NCBI GenBank assembly: GCA_020161655.1
Contig: JAIUPC010000023.1
Coordinates: forward strand, 16,231 to 80,230
Reading direction: 5' to 3'
DNA: 64,000 nt
DNA from: Pseudomonadota bacterium
GTDB lineage: Bacteria; Pseudomonadota; Alphaproteobacteria; Rhodobacterales; Rhodobacteraceae
Position 1 is the first letter of the stretch, and the number at the start of each line of letters is the position of its first letter. Position numbers and translations under genes: made by a program. The notes beneath the pieces are model-generated. The model made no database searches. It saw nothing but the letters and a program-made list of their open reading frames with translations, and was not told where the DNA came from. Shown piece by piece: positions 18,322 to 26,057 of the stretch.

Positions 18322-18885
18322 GTGAACCTGACGCAGATGCTCTCTTATGCCGGGCTTGCCGCGGTCTATGCGCTGGCGGCGACAGTGCTCATCCTTGCCG
18401 CGCTCGCGCTCGCCCGGCGGCCGCTTGAACAGCGGGCATGGCTGGCGTTGGCGCTGGTGCTTTTTCTCATCGCGCTGGCGCTGCATCCATTGCCGGACCC
18501 GGCAACCTTCGACTGCCGCACGCAGGCGGTGCCGCCGAAGTTCATGCCCCTGCGCTGGCTGGGCACGATTGCGGAACTGCGCGCCCTCGGCGCGACGCCG
18601 GAAGACTGGCTTCGGAACCTCATGGTGACCTCGACGGTGATGAACCTGGTTCTCAGCCTCGCGATCGGCGCGGCCCTGGCCCCGCTGCGCGTCGGAACCA
18701 GGGCGGTCCTGACGTTCGGGCTGAGCCTCAGCCTCGGGATCGAACTGGCGCAGCTGACCGGGCTCTTCGGTCTTTACGGCTGCCCCTACAGGCAGTTCGA
18801 TGTGGACGACCTGATCCTGAACGTCGGCGGCATCCTCGCCGGGTTCTGGGCTGTGCGGCGCCGCTACCGCTCCGGCGCGATGTAG
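18322..18885 (+). CDS. VanZ-like membrane protein
   Basis: 187 aa with multiple TM helices, GIELAQL and DVDDLILNVGGILAGF motifs typical of the VanZ family. GTG start 3 nt after the GT2 stop. Confidence 0.65.
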   Translation: MNLTQMLSYAGLAAVYALAATVLILAALALARRPLEQRAWLALALVLFLIALALHPLPDPATFDCRTQAVPPKFMPLRWLGTIAELRALGATPEDWLRNLMVTSTVMNLVLSLAIGAALAPLRVGTRAVLTFGLSLSLGIELAQLTGLFGLYGCPYRQFDVDDLILNVGGILAGFWAVRRRYRSGAM

Positions 18886-19769
18886 CTGAGGCCCTGCGCC
18901 GCATAGATCGCCGGAATGCGGCCATCGTCCAGCGCGGCGCGGATGGCATCGTCGGCGGCATAGCCGAGGTCGCGATGGCTCATGTGAAGGGCGATGCCCA
19001 CCGTCCATGTGCCGAGCGAGAAGTTCGGCAGTGGCGGCCGATGCACGGCAAGATCGGGGGTCAACCCTGCCTCAAGCACGGCGAGCGGCCCCATTGCCGC
19101 CATCACCTCACCAGCGGCCAGCGCCTCCATCGCCTTTGCGGTCGAGGCGTAGCGGTGAACCTTGTCCTGCGCCGCGCCGACGAGCGTTGTCAGGTAGAAG
19201 TCCGAGATCGAGTCGTTTTCGACCGCGACCGTATCATAGCGGAAATAGGCCGGCTTTGGCCCGCCATCCGGGTAGTCGGCCAGACGGTAAGCGATGGCAA
19301 TGGTTTCACTGGCGTATTGCCCGGTGAAGACCGCCTGTTCCACCCGGCAGGCGTAATCGCTGTTGTATGGTACCCGCATCATCAGGTTCGACACATGGCC
19401 GTCGACCGCCGCCCCCTTCCAGACGTAGTTCAGAAGATCGGCATCAAGGTTTTCGCCGGCCTCGACGAAGCGAAAGCGCGCCTCGACGCCAAAGCTTTCG
19501 GCGATGATGCGGCCGATTTCGACGTCAATGCCCATCGGCTTGCCGCCTTCTTCCCATGAATAGGGTCGATAATCCTCATAAACCGCGATCTCGATGAAGC
19601 CGCGCGCGACGATGTCGTCAAGCGTCTGGCCCACGTCCTGCGGAAAGGTGTTCTGCGGCTTCTGGCCGGGCACGATGCCTTCGCAGCGCGCAAAGGCCCG
19701 GGGGGCGAACAGCCCCGCGAAGCCCCCGGCAAGCAGCAGTCTTGCGGCCTCGCGCCGACCGATGGTCAT
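18864..19769 (-). CDS. MxaJ/XoxJ-like periplasmic binding-fold protein (quinoprotein-dehydrogenase associated)
   Basis: 301 aa with a signal-like N-terminus and a family-3 solute-binding fold. Immediately downstream of a PedF/XoxG-like cytochrome c on the same strand. Confidence 0.65.
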   Translation of the reverse strand: MTIGRREAARLLLAGGFAGLFAPRAFARCEGIVPGQKPQNTFPQDVGQTLDDIVARGFIEIAVYEDYRPYSWEEGGKPMGIDVEIGRIIAESFGVEARFRFVEAGENLDADLLNYVWKGAAVDGHVSNLMMRVPYNSDYACRVEQAVFTGQYASETIAIAYRLADYPDGGPKPAYFRYDTVAVENDSISDFYLTTLVGAAQDKVHRYASTAKAMEALAAGEVMAAMGPLAVLEAGLTPDLAVHRPPLPNFSLGTWTVGIALHMSHRDLGYAADDAIRAALDDGRIPAIYAAQGLSYIAPER

Positions 19770-19776
19770 GGTGCCA

Positions 19777-20457
19777 TCAGTGCGCCGCGGACATGCCGAT
19801 GGTCAGGGCTTCCGCAGCCTTTTTCCAGCTGGCCGGATCATCGGAAAGCATATGCGCTGCGCGGAGCGGGGCGCTGTCCGCGACCGGCGCGCCGGAGGAA
19901 GTCTTGATCTCTGCGGCAATTGCCATGAGCTCGGTCTTCACAGCCGGGCCATCACCCGAACCGGCAGAAAGCGCGTCGCGGATTTCCTTCAGGCGCGGCG
20001 TAACCTCCCCCAGGGCGCCGTCCTCGGGCTGCGTCTCGATATAGGTCCGTATCGCCCAGGCCGCCTTCTGGCCCAGGACATCCCCGAAGGCGGGCATTCT
20101 GGTTATGTTGTCCTGCGTGTAGCCCTGACGGAAACGTTCGATGAACCATTCGTCGCCATACTCCGCCGCTTCCAGATAACGCAGGTCCGGCGCCAACCCG
20201 CCAGAGACGGCACCAAGGCCGTGGCAGCGTGCACAGTTCTGGACGAATCCGGACTCGCCGACCTCGATTGCCTTCTGCCAGACTTCATCGCCGGCCTTGT
20301 CCGCACGGAAGGGGTTCTCGGTCAGCCATTCTTCACCAACGTCGGGCAGCGCATCGGTATTGACCGGCTCAATCGTCAGCGGCAAACCCGCTGCATTCGC
20401 TACGCCTGCCGCAAACACAAGGCCGGCGGCCAGAGCGGCCTCTCGCAGAAAGGTCAT
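19777..20457 (-). CDS. Cytochrome c (c550/PedF/XoxG-like) with C-terminal extension
   Basis: Signal peptide, a single CARCH heme motif, and distal Met in ITRMPAFG. At 226 aa it is longer than I recall for PedF/ExaB-type cytochromes. Confidence 0.8.
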   Translation of the reverse strand: MTFLREAALAAGLVFAAGVANAAGLPLTIEPVNTDALPDVGEEWLTENPFRADKAGDEVWQKAIEVGESGFVQNCARCHGLGAVSGGLAPDLRYLEAAEYGDEWFIERFRQGYTQDNITRMPAFGDVLGQKAAWAIRTYIETQPEDGALGEVTPRLKEIRDALSAGSGDGPAVKTELMAIAAEIKTSSGAPVADSAPLRAAHMLSDDPASWKKAAEALTIGMSAAH

Positions 20458-20613
20458 GGAATCCTCCCGTTTGTCCTGTTCCCGCTTGGTCTAGCTTCGG
20501 AAGAGCGGCAGTCCAATTCGACCTTCGTGGCAATCGGCGACCCCCGGCTTTCTACCTTGGTCGCAATTTTCAGCCGGGGCGAACGCGGCCTACGATACGG
20601 CCCGGAGGATATC

Positions 20614-21783
20614 ATGAGATGGTTGCCCCTTTCGCTGAGCCTTCTGGCCGTCGCGGCGCCCTGCGCTGCCGAGACGGCTTTGAACGTCACCTATCTCAGG
20701 CTTGAAACGCCGCCGGTTCCGGTGCTGTCCAACCTCGACCCGATCCCCGAGGATGACGGCATCGCAGGGGCGAAGCTCGGCCAGTCGGACAATGCGACGA
20801 CGGGCAGGTTCCTTGGGCAAAGTTACAACCTCACGGTGGAAAGCGTGCCGCCCGGCGGTGACATCGCGGCAGCGGCGAAGACGGCGCTTGCCGCTTCGCC
20901 TTTCCTCATCCTCGATGCCGAAGCGGCGGCCGTCCTGACCGTGGCCGATCTGCCCGAGGCGAAAGGCGCGCTGATCCTGTCGGTCGCGGCGCCCGATACC
21001 CGGCTTCGCGATGCGGATTGCCGGGCGAATGTCCTGCACACCGGCGCCTCCTTCGACATGCGCGCCGATGCGCTGATGCAGGTATTGCTGACGAAGCGCT
21101 GGACGAAACTCGCCCTCATCACCGGCCCGCATCAGGCGGACAAGGACTGGGGCGCCGCCCTTCGCGCCGCGACAACAAAATTCGGCCTTGATCTGGTGGC
21201 CGATAAGAACTGGACCGAGCGCGCCGACCTCAGGCGCAGCGCGTCGTCCGAAGTGTCGCTCTTCACCCAGGATCTGCCCGATCATGACGTGCTGCTGATT
21301 GCCGACGAAAGCGACGATTTCGCGCGCTACGTCGCTTACAATACATGGCTGCCGCGCCCCGTCGCTGGCTCCGAGGGGATGGTGCCCGCCGGCTGGTCGC
21401 CAACGCTTGAGCAATGGGGCGCGGTGCAGCTTCAGGACCGCTTCAAGGAAGGGGCGGCGCGACCGATGCGCCCGCGCGACTATGCCGCCTGGGTCGCCAT
21501 GCGCACGCTGGGTGAGGCCCTGACCCGTGCAGGGTCGACCGACCCGGGGGTGCTCCGGAGCTATGTTCTGTCCGACGAGTTCGAGCTTGACGGCTTCAAG
21601 GGCCGGCCCCTGTCCTACCGGAACTGGAACGGCGAGCTGCGCCAGCCGATCCCTGTCGCGCAGCCGCGCGCCCTGGTGACGCTCGCCCCGGTCGAGGGCG
21701 TCCTGCACGAGTACAACGAGCTTGATACGCTCGGCCGCGACCGGGGCGAAAGCGCCTGCCGCGCTTTTGGAGAGACGCAATGA
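20614..21783 (+). CDS. Periplasmic substrate-binding protein (LivK-like, PQQ-alcohol-dehydrogenase-system type, PedA1-like)
   Basis: True start MRWLPLSLSLLAVAAPCAAE (signal peptide) lies inside a 729-aa read-through ORF. Type-1 periplasmic binding fold. Followed by YVTN propeller and ABC genes. Confidence 0.72.
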   Translation: MRWLPLSLSLLAVAAPCAAETALNVTYLRLETPPVPVLSNLDPIPEDDGIAGAKLGQSDNATTGRFLGQSYNLTVESVPPGGDIAAAAKTALAASPFLILDAEAAAVLTVADLPEAKGALILSVAAPDTRLRDADCRANVLHTGASFDMRADALMQVLLTKRWTKLALITGPHQADKDWGAALRAATTKFGLDLVADKNWTERADLRRSASSEVSLFTQDLPDHDVLLIADESDDFARYVAYNTWLPRPVAGSEGMVPAGWSPTLEQWGAVQLQDRFKEGAARPMRPRDYAAWVAMRTLGEALTRAGSTDPGVLRSYVLSDEFELDGFKGRPLSYRNWNGELRQPIPVAQPRALVTLAPVEGVLHEYNELDTLGRDRGESACRAFGETQ

Positions 21784-22733
21784 AACACCTCATCCTTGCC
21801 GCTTCCGTTCTTGCCGGGCCGGCCTTCGGCGCCGAAATCTGGGTGACGAACGAAAAGGACGACACGATCAGCGTCATCGACGTCGATACGCTGGAAGTCA
21901 CCCGCACCATCCCGACCGGCGAGCGCCCGCGCGGGATCACCTTCTCCAAGGACTACAGCAAGGTCTACATCTGCGCTTCCGACAGCAACGCCGTGCAGGT
22001 GATGGACCCGGTCAGCGGCGAGATCCTGTATGACCTGCCCTCGGGCGCCGACCCGGAACAGTTCGTCCTCCACCCGGACGACCGCCATCTCTGGATCGCC
22101 AATGAGGATGATGCGGTGACGACCGTGGTGGATACGGTCGAGCGCAAGGTCGTCGCCCAGATCGACGTCGGGATCGAGCCGGAAGGCATGGCGGTTTCGC
22201 CCGATGGCAAGATCGTCGTCACCACCTCCGAGACCACAAACATGGCGCATTGGATCGACACGACAACACACCAGATCATCGCCAATACGCTGGTCGATTC
22301 ACGCCCCCGGCACGCGGAATTCACCGACGACAATGCGCGGCTATGGGTCTCGTCCGAGATCGGCGGAACAGTGACGGTCTTCGACACCGCGACCAAGGCG
22401 GAACTCGCCAAAATCCGCTTCGCCATCACCGGTGTCAACGACGACCTTGTCCAGCCGGTCGGCTTCGAATTCACACCCGACGGCAAGACCGCCTTCGTGG
22501 CGCTTGGCCCGTCGAACCACGTTGCCGTGGTGAACATGGAAACCTTCGAGGTCGAAAGCTACATCCTTGTCGGGCGGCGGGTCTGGCACATGGCCTTTTC
22601 GCCGGACCATTCCCAGCTTTTCACCACCAATGGCGTCTCGGGGGACGTCACTGTCATCGACGTCGCCTCGCGTGAGCCGATCAAGACCATCAAGGTCGGC
22701 CGGTTCCCCTGGGGTGCCGCTACACGTCCCTGA
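21780..22733 (+). CDS. YVTN-family beta-propeller repeat protein (PedA2-like)
   Basis: 317 aa with a signal peptide. Repeated ...V.V.D..t......i..G..P.g.a.spDg... blades. ATGA overlap with the upstream gene. Confidence 0.8.
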   Translation: MKHLILAASVLAGPAFGAEIWVTNEKDDTISVIDVDTLEVTRTIPTGERPRGITFSKDYSKVYICASDSNAVQVMDPVSGEILYDLPSGADPEQFVLHPDDRHLWIANEDDAVTTVVDTVERKVVAQIDVGIEPEGMAVSPDGKIVVTTSETTNMAHWIDTTTHQIIANTLVDSRPRHAEFTDDNARLWVSSEIGGTVTVFDTATKAELAKIRFAITGVNDDLVQPVGFEFTPDGKTAFVALGPSNHVAVVNMETFEVESYILVGRRVWHMAFSPDHSQLFTTNGVSGDVTVIDVASREPIKTIKVGRFPWGAATRP

Positions 22734-22751
22734 GCCAAGGAGCCTGTCCCC

Positions 22752-23189
22752 ATGAAGCGCCTTTTTATGTCCATCCTCATCGCTGCCGCCCTGCCCGTCC
22801 CCACTCTGGCGCAGGAAGCCGCGCTGGGTCTCGCCGGACTGCTCTCGGCGGGAAACAAGGAGGAGCTGGCGCCGCTCACCCTCTCGGCCGGCGCGCCACT
22901 GTCCGACAAGCCCTGGGTCCTGACCTCGGGCCGCTACTACGATTTCGAGATCGAGGCGGATGGCAGCCAGGAGCTGGCTCTGATCGGACCGGAATTCTTC
23001 CGCGCGATATGGATCGACGAGATCGTCATCGAAGGGCTGGAAGTGCGGCCCTTGGGCCTTGATAGTGTCGAATTCGACGAAGCCGGCACGATGGAGATCG
23101 GCTTCATCGCCATCAAGCCCGGCAAGTATTACCTTGCCGTGCCCGGCACCAAGGGCGATACGCAGAGGCTCGACATCACCATCGAATGA
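22752..23189 (+). CDS. Secreted acidic protein of unknown function
   Basis: 145 aa with signal peptide MKRLFMSILIAAALPVPTLAQE, no Cys, and a beta-rich acidic sequence. No family recognised. Embedded between the propeller and ABC ATPase genes, with a 4-nt overlap with the downstream ATPase gene. Confidence 0.6.
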   Translation: MKRLFMSILIAAALPVPTLAQEAALGLAGLLSAGNKEELAPLTLSAGAPLSDKPWVLTSGRYYDFEIEADGSQELALIGPEFFRAIWIDEIVIEGLEVRPLGLDSVEFDEAGTMEIGFIAIKPGKYYLAVPGTKGDTQRLDITIE

Positions 23190-23899
23190 ACATGCGCGAC
23201 GGCCTTTCGGTCTCCGGGGTATCCTACAGTTACGGGTCGCGCCGCGCGCTGGCCGATGTGAGCTTTCATGTCCCGCCGGGGCGGTTCTGCGCGCTTCTCG
23301 GTCCGAACGGCGCGGGGAAATCGACGCTCTTCTCGCTTCTGACACGGCTTTTCACGACCCGTGAGGGCCGGATCGAGGTCGCCGGCCATGACCTTTCAAA
23401 ATCGCCCCGCGCGGCGCTGGCGCGGATCGGGGTCGTCTTCCAGCAGCCGACACTCGACCTTGACCTGACGGTGCGCCGCAACCTTCTCTACTTCGCGGCG
23501 CTCCACGGGATTTCCGGGCGCGAGGCACATAGCCGGTCTGAGGAGGCGCTCGACCGGCTCGGCATGGCCGAACGCGCCGACGAGCCGGCCCGCGCCCTCA
23601 ATGGCGGCCACCGGCGGCGGATGGAGATTGCGCGGGCGCTGATCCACCGGCCATCCGTCCTCCTCCTCGATGAGCCGACTGTTGGCCTTGATGCCGCGAC
23701 ACGGGTGGCGATCACCGACCATGTCCACCGCCTTGCCGCCGAAGACGGGCTGACCGTCCTTTGGGCCACCCACCTGACCGACGAGGTGCGGCCAGCGGAC
23801 CAACTCGTGATCCTCCATCGTGGCCAGGTCCTTCATGATGGCGAGGCAGGCGAAGGCGTCACCGAACTGTTCCTGAAGCTTACGGGAGCCGAGGCATGA
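23186..23899 (+). CDS. ABC transporter ATP-binding protein (PedB-like)
   Basis: Walker A GPNGAGKST, signature LNGGHRRR, and Walker B LLLDEP. Confidence 0.9.
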   Translation: MNMRDGLSVSGVSYSYGSRRALADVSFHVPPGRFCALLGPNGAGKSTLFSLLTRLFTTREGRIEVAGHDLSKSPRAALARIGVVFQQPTLDLDLTVRRNLLYFAALHGISGREAHSRSEEALDRLGMAERADEPARALNGGHRRRMEIARALIHRPSVLLLDEPTVGLDAATRVAITDHVHRLAAEDGLTVLWATHLTDEVRPADQLVILHRGQVLHDGEAGEGVTELFLKLTGAEA

Positions 23900-24687
23900 G
23901 GCCCGCCATCGTCGCACTCCTGGCGATCCTTCACCGCGAGGCCCTGCGCTTTCTTGGCCAGCGCGGGCGCTTCATTGCCGCGCTGGTGCGCCCGCTCGTC
24001 TGGCTTTTCGTCTTCGCCGCCGGATTCCGCGCCGCGCTTGGCCTGTCGATCATCCCGCCCTACCAGACCTACATTCCCTATGAGACCTACATCGTGCCCG
24101 GCCTTTGCGGCATGATCCTGCTCTTCAACGGGATGCAATCCTCGCTCAGCCTCGTCTATGACCGCGAGATGGGGTCGATGCGGCTTCTCTTGACCTCGCC
24201 CCTGCCGCGCTGGTGGCTTCTGGCGTCGAAACTCGTTGCCGGGGCGGCGATATCGGTGCTGCAGGCCTATGCCTTTCTCGCCATTGCCGCACTATACGGC
24301 ATCCGCGCGCCCGCCTCGGGCTATCTGACCGTTTTGCCCGCCCTCTTCCTCTCGGGCCTGATGCTCGGCGCTCTGGGGCTGATGCTGTCGTCCTTCATCC
24401 GCCAGCTTGAGAATTTCGCCGGCGTCATGAACTTCGTGATCTTTCCGATGTTCTTCCTCTCCTCCGCGCTCTACCCACTCTGGAAGATGGCTGAAGCCTC
24501 GCCCCTCTTGCGCGACATCTGCGCCGCCAATCCCTTTACCCATGCCGTCGAACTGATCCGCTTCGCGCTTTACGGCCAGTTTGAACCGATGGCGCTTCTC
24601 TGGGTTCTGCTGGCGCTCGCCATCTTCGGCACGGTCGCACTTTGGGGCTACGATCCGGCGCGGGGGACGCTGACGCGGAAGGGCTAG
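23896..24687 (+). CDS. ABC-2 type transporter permease (PedC-like)
   Basis: 263 aa with about 6 TM helices. ATGA overlap with the ATPase gene. Confidence 0.82.
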   Translation: MRPAIVALLAILHREALRFLGQRGRFIAALVRPLVWLFVFAAGFRAALGLSIIPPYQTYIPYETYIVPGLCGMILLFNGMQSSLSLVYDREMGSMRLLLTSPLPRWWLLASKLVAGAAISVLQAYAFLAIAALYGIRAPASGYLTVLPALFLSGLMLGALGLMLSSFIRQLENFAGVMNFVIFPMFFLSSALYPLWKMAEASPLLRDICAANPFTHAVELIRFALYGQFEPMALLWVLLALAIFGTVALWGYDPARGTLTRKG

Positions 24688-24759
24688 GCTCTACGACCTT
24701 CGGGCCATCGCGCCAGTAGCCCCCGCCATGGTAGCCTCCGCGCCGAAGGAGGAACCGTC

Positions 24760-25293
24760 ATGCGCCTTGTCCTGATCGCGGCCCTTGCCGCCGCCACGCC
24801 AGTCCTTGCCGAGGATGAGGCTGTCGGCACGCTCAACCCCGAGGAACTGACGATCAACCGTATCCTTGAGGATGCCGAGACCGGCGTCACCAGCATGACC
24901 TCTTGCGCCGCCGGCTACTTCATCACCAAATCCGGGCGGCATGTGGAGGCGCGGAAGCTTTTCAGCCGCTGCGCCGATGCCGGCTACACCGGGGCGATGA
25001 CCTGGATGAGCCAGCTGGAAGACAACGGGCTCGGCGCGCTGGAGAACCCCGACAGTGCGGCAGACTGGGATCTGCGCGCGGCCGAGGCGGGCGATCCGGT
25101 CGGCATGTATAACTATGGGCTCGACTTGATGCGCGGACGGGGGCGGGTGCAGGATATCGAGTCTGGCCGGGCGCTGGTGGATCGGGCCGCCTCGGCAGGC
25201 CTGCCCACGGCGCGGCGCTTGCAGGCGGCGGGCTATGACCTCGACGAGGTCACGCCGGACGCCGACAACTGGAAATACGCGCCGCTGTTCTGA
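24760..25293 (+). CDS. Sel1-repeat (TPR-like) periplasmic protein
   Basis: Signal peptide MRLVLIAALAAATPVLAE. Repeats of the A..G...A...LG..Y..G.GV type (AEAGDPVGMYNYGLDLMRGRGRVQD...). Confidence 0.6.
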   Translation: MRLVLIAALAAATPVLAEDEAVGTLNPEELTINRILEDAETGVTSMTSCAAGYFITKSGRHVEARKLFSRCADAGYTGAMTWMSQLEDNGLGALENPDSAADWDLRAAEAGDPVGMYNYGLDLMRGRGRVQDIESGRALVDRAASAGLPTARRLQAAGYDLDEVTPDADNWKYAPLF

Positions 25294-25391
25294 TCGCGGT
25301 GCCACGCCGGAAACATCCGTTTTCAGCCGTGTCAGAGCCGATTCTGGGCCACGGAACCGGCAGCGCAGGCATTTTCCCGAACCTCCCGCCG

Positions 25392-25405
25392 TGGTCGTAC
25401 GACCA
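25392..25405. promoter_or_regulatory. 14-bp perfect palindrome TGGTCGTACGACCA upstream of the cytochrome c gene
   Basis: Read directly from the sequence, 97 nt upstream of ATG 25502. The arms resemble HutC/GntR-type operators (TGGTC...GACCA). Confidence 0.35.
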
Positions 25406-25501
25406 AAGCACTAGATGCATTGGCAGCAGCGCTTGACGTGGGTCAATCCAGCCGCTTTAGCCCCACCTTACCTTGCGGCATCCCAACCGTGAGAGGCCAC
25501 C

Positions 25502-25897
25502 ATGTCCCGCTTTGCACCCACCACCCTCCTCTGCCTTGCGGCCCTTCTTCCCGCCCTTCCGGCCCTTGCCGAGACCAGCTTCGAGAAGGTCAAGATCAGC
25601 GCCGGTAGGCAGCTTTTCGACGGCGAATGCCACCGCTGCCATAGCCCCGATGCCGACCGCCAAAGCTATGGCCCGCCTTTGGAAAATGTCATCGGGCGCG
25701 TCGCCGGAACCTCCCCCGGCTATGCCTATTCCAAGGCGCTTGCCGGGTCGGGAATCGTCTGGACCCCGGCCGCGCTCCGCGCCTGGATGGAGGACAACGC
25801 CGGCTTCATGCCGGGCACGAAGATGCGCCATGTCGGCATCGAGGACCGCACCGTGCAGGACTTCATCCTGGCCTATCTCACCTCGATCTCGCACTAG
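25502..25897 (+). CDS. Class I c-type cytochrome (c2-like)
   Basis: 131 aa with a signal peptide, heme motif CHRCH, and distal Met in PGTKM. Confidence 0.85.
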   Translation: MSRFAPTTLLCLAALLPALPALAETSFEKVKISAGRQLFDGECHRCHSPDADRQSYGPPLENVIGRVAGTSPGYAYSKALAGSGIVWTPAALRAWMEDNAGFMPGTKMRHVGIEDRTVQDFILAYLTSISH

Positions 25898-25937
25898 CGC
25901 CGGGTCGGGAATTCTCCTCCGGCTGACCCCACGGCAA

Positions 25938-25950
25938 CGTCGTACGACCA
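25938..25950. promoter_or_regulatory. Second copy of GTCGTACGACCA motif upstream of the PQQ-ADH gene
   Basis: 10-bp palindrome GTCGTACGAC (25939-25948), sharing 12 nt with the site at 25392-25405. Immediately followed by palindrome ATTGGCCAAT (25950-25959). Confidence 0.3.
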
Positions 25951-26057
25951 TTGGCCAATACCGCTTCCGCAAGGGCGGTCCGAATAATGCGGGCGGCTGG
26001 GGTGCCGACATCGTCCGCTCCCCTAGTCTCGAACAGGGAACAAGAGGGAGGAAGCCG

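Noticed and set aside
19594-21783. 729-aa plus-strand ORF
   Set aside because: The N-terminal 340 codons are antisense to the XoxJ-like and cytochrome c genes. The real gene starts at the signal peptide MRWLPLSL (20614).
25421-25437. Sigma-54-like TGGCAG-n-TTGA element upstream of the cytochrome c gene
   Set aside because: The GG-to-TTG spacing is one nucleotide too long, and the -12 element reads TTGA rather than TTGC. No sigma-54 activator with an intact GAFTGA loop is nearby.
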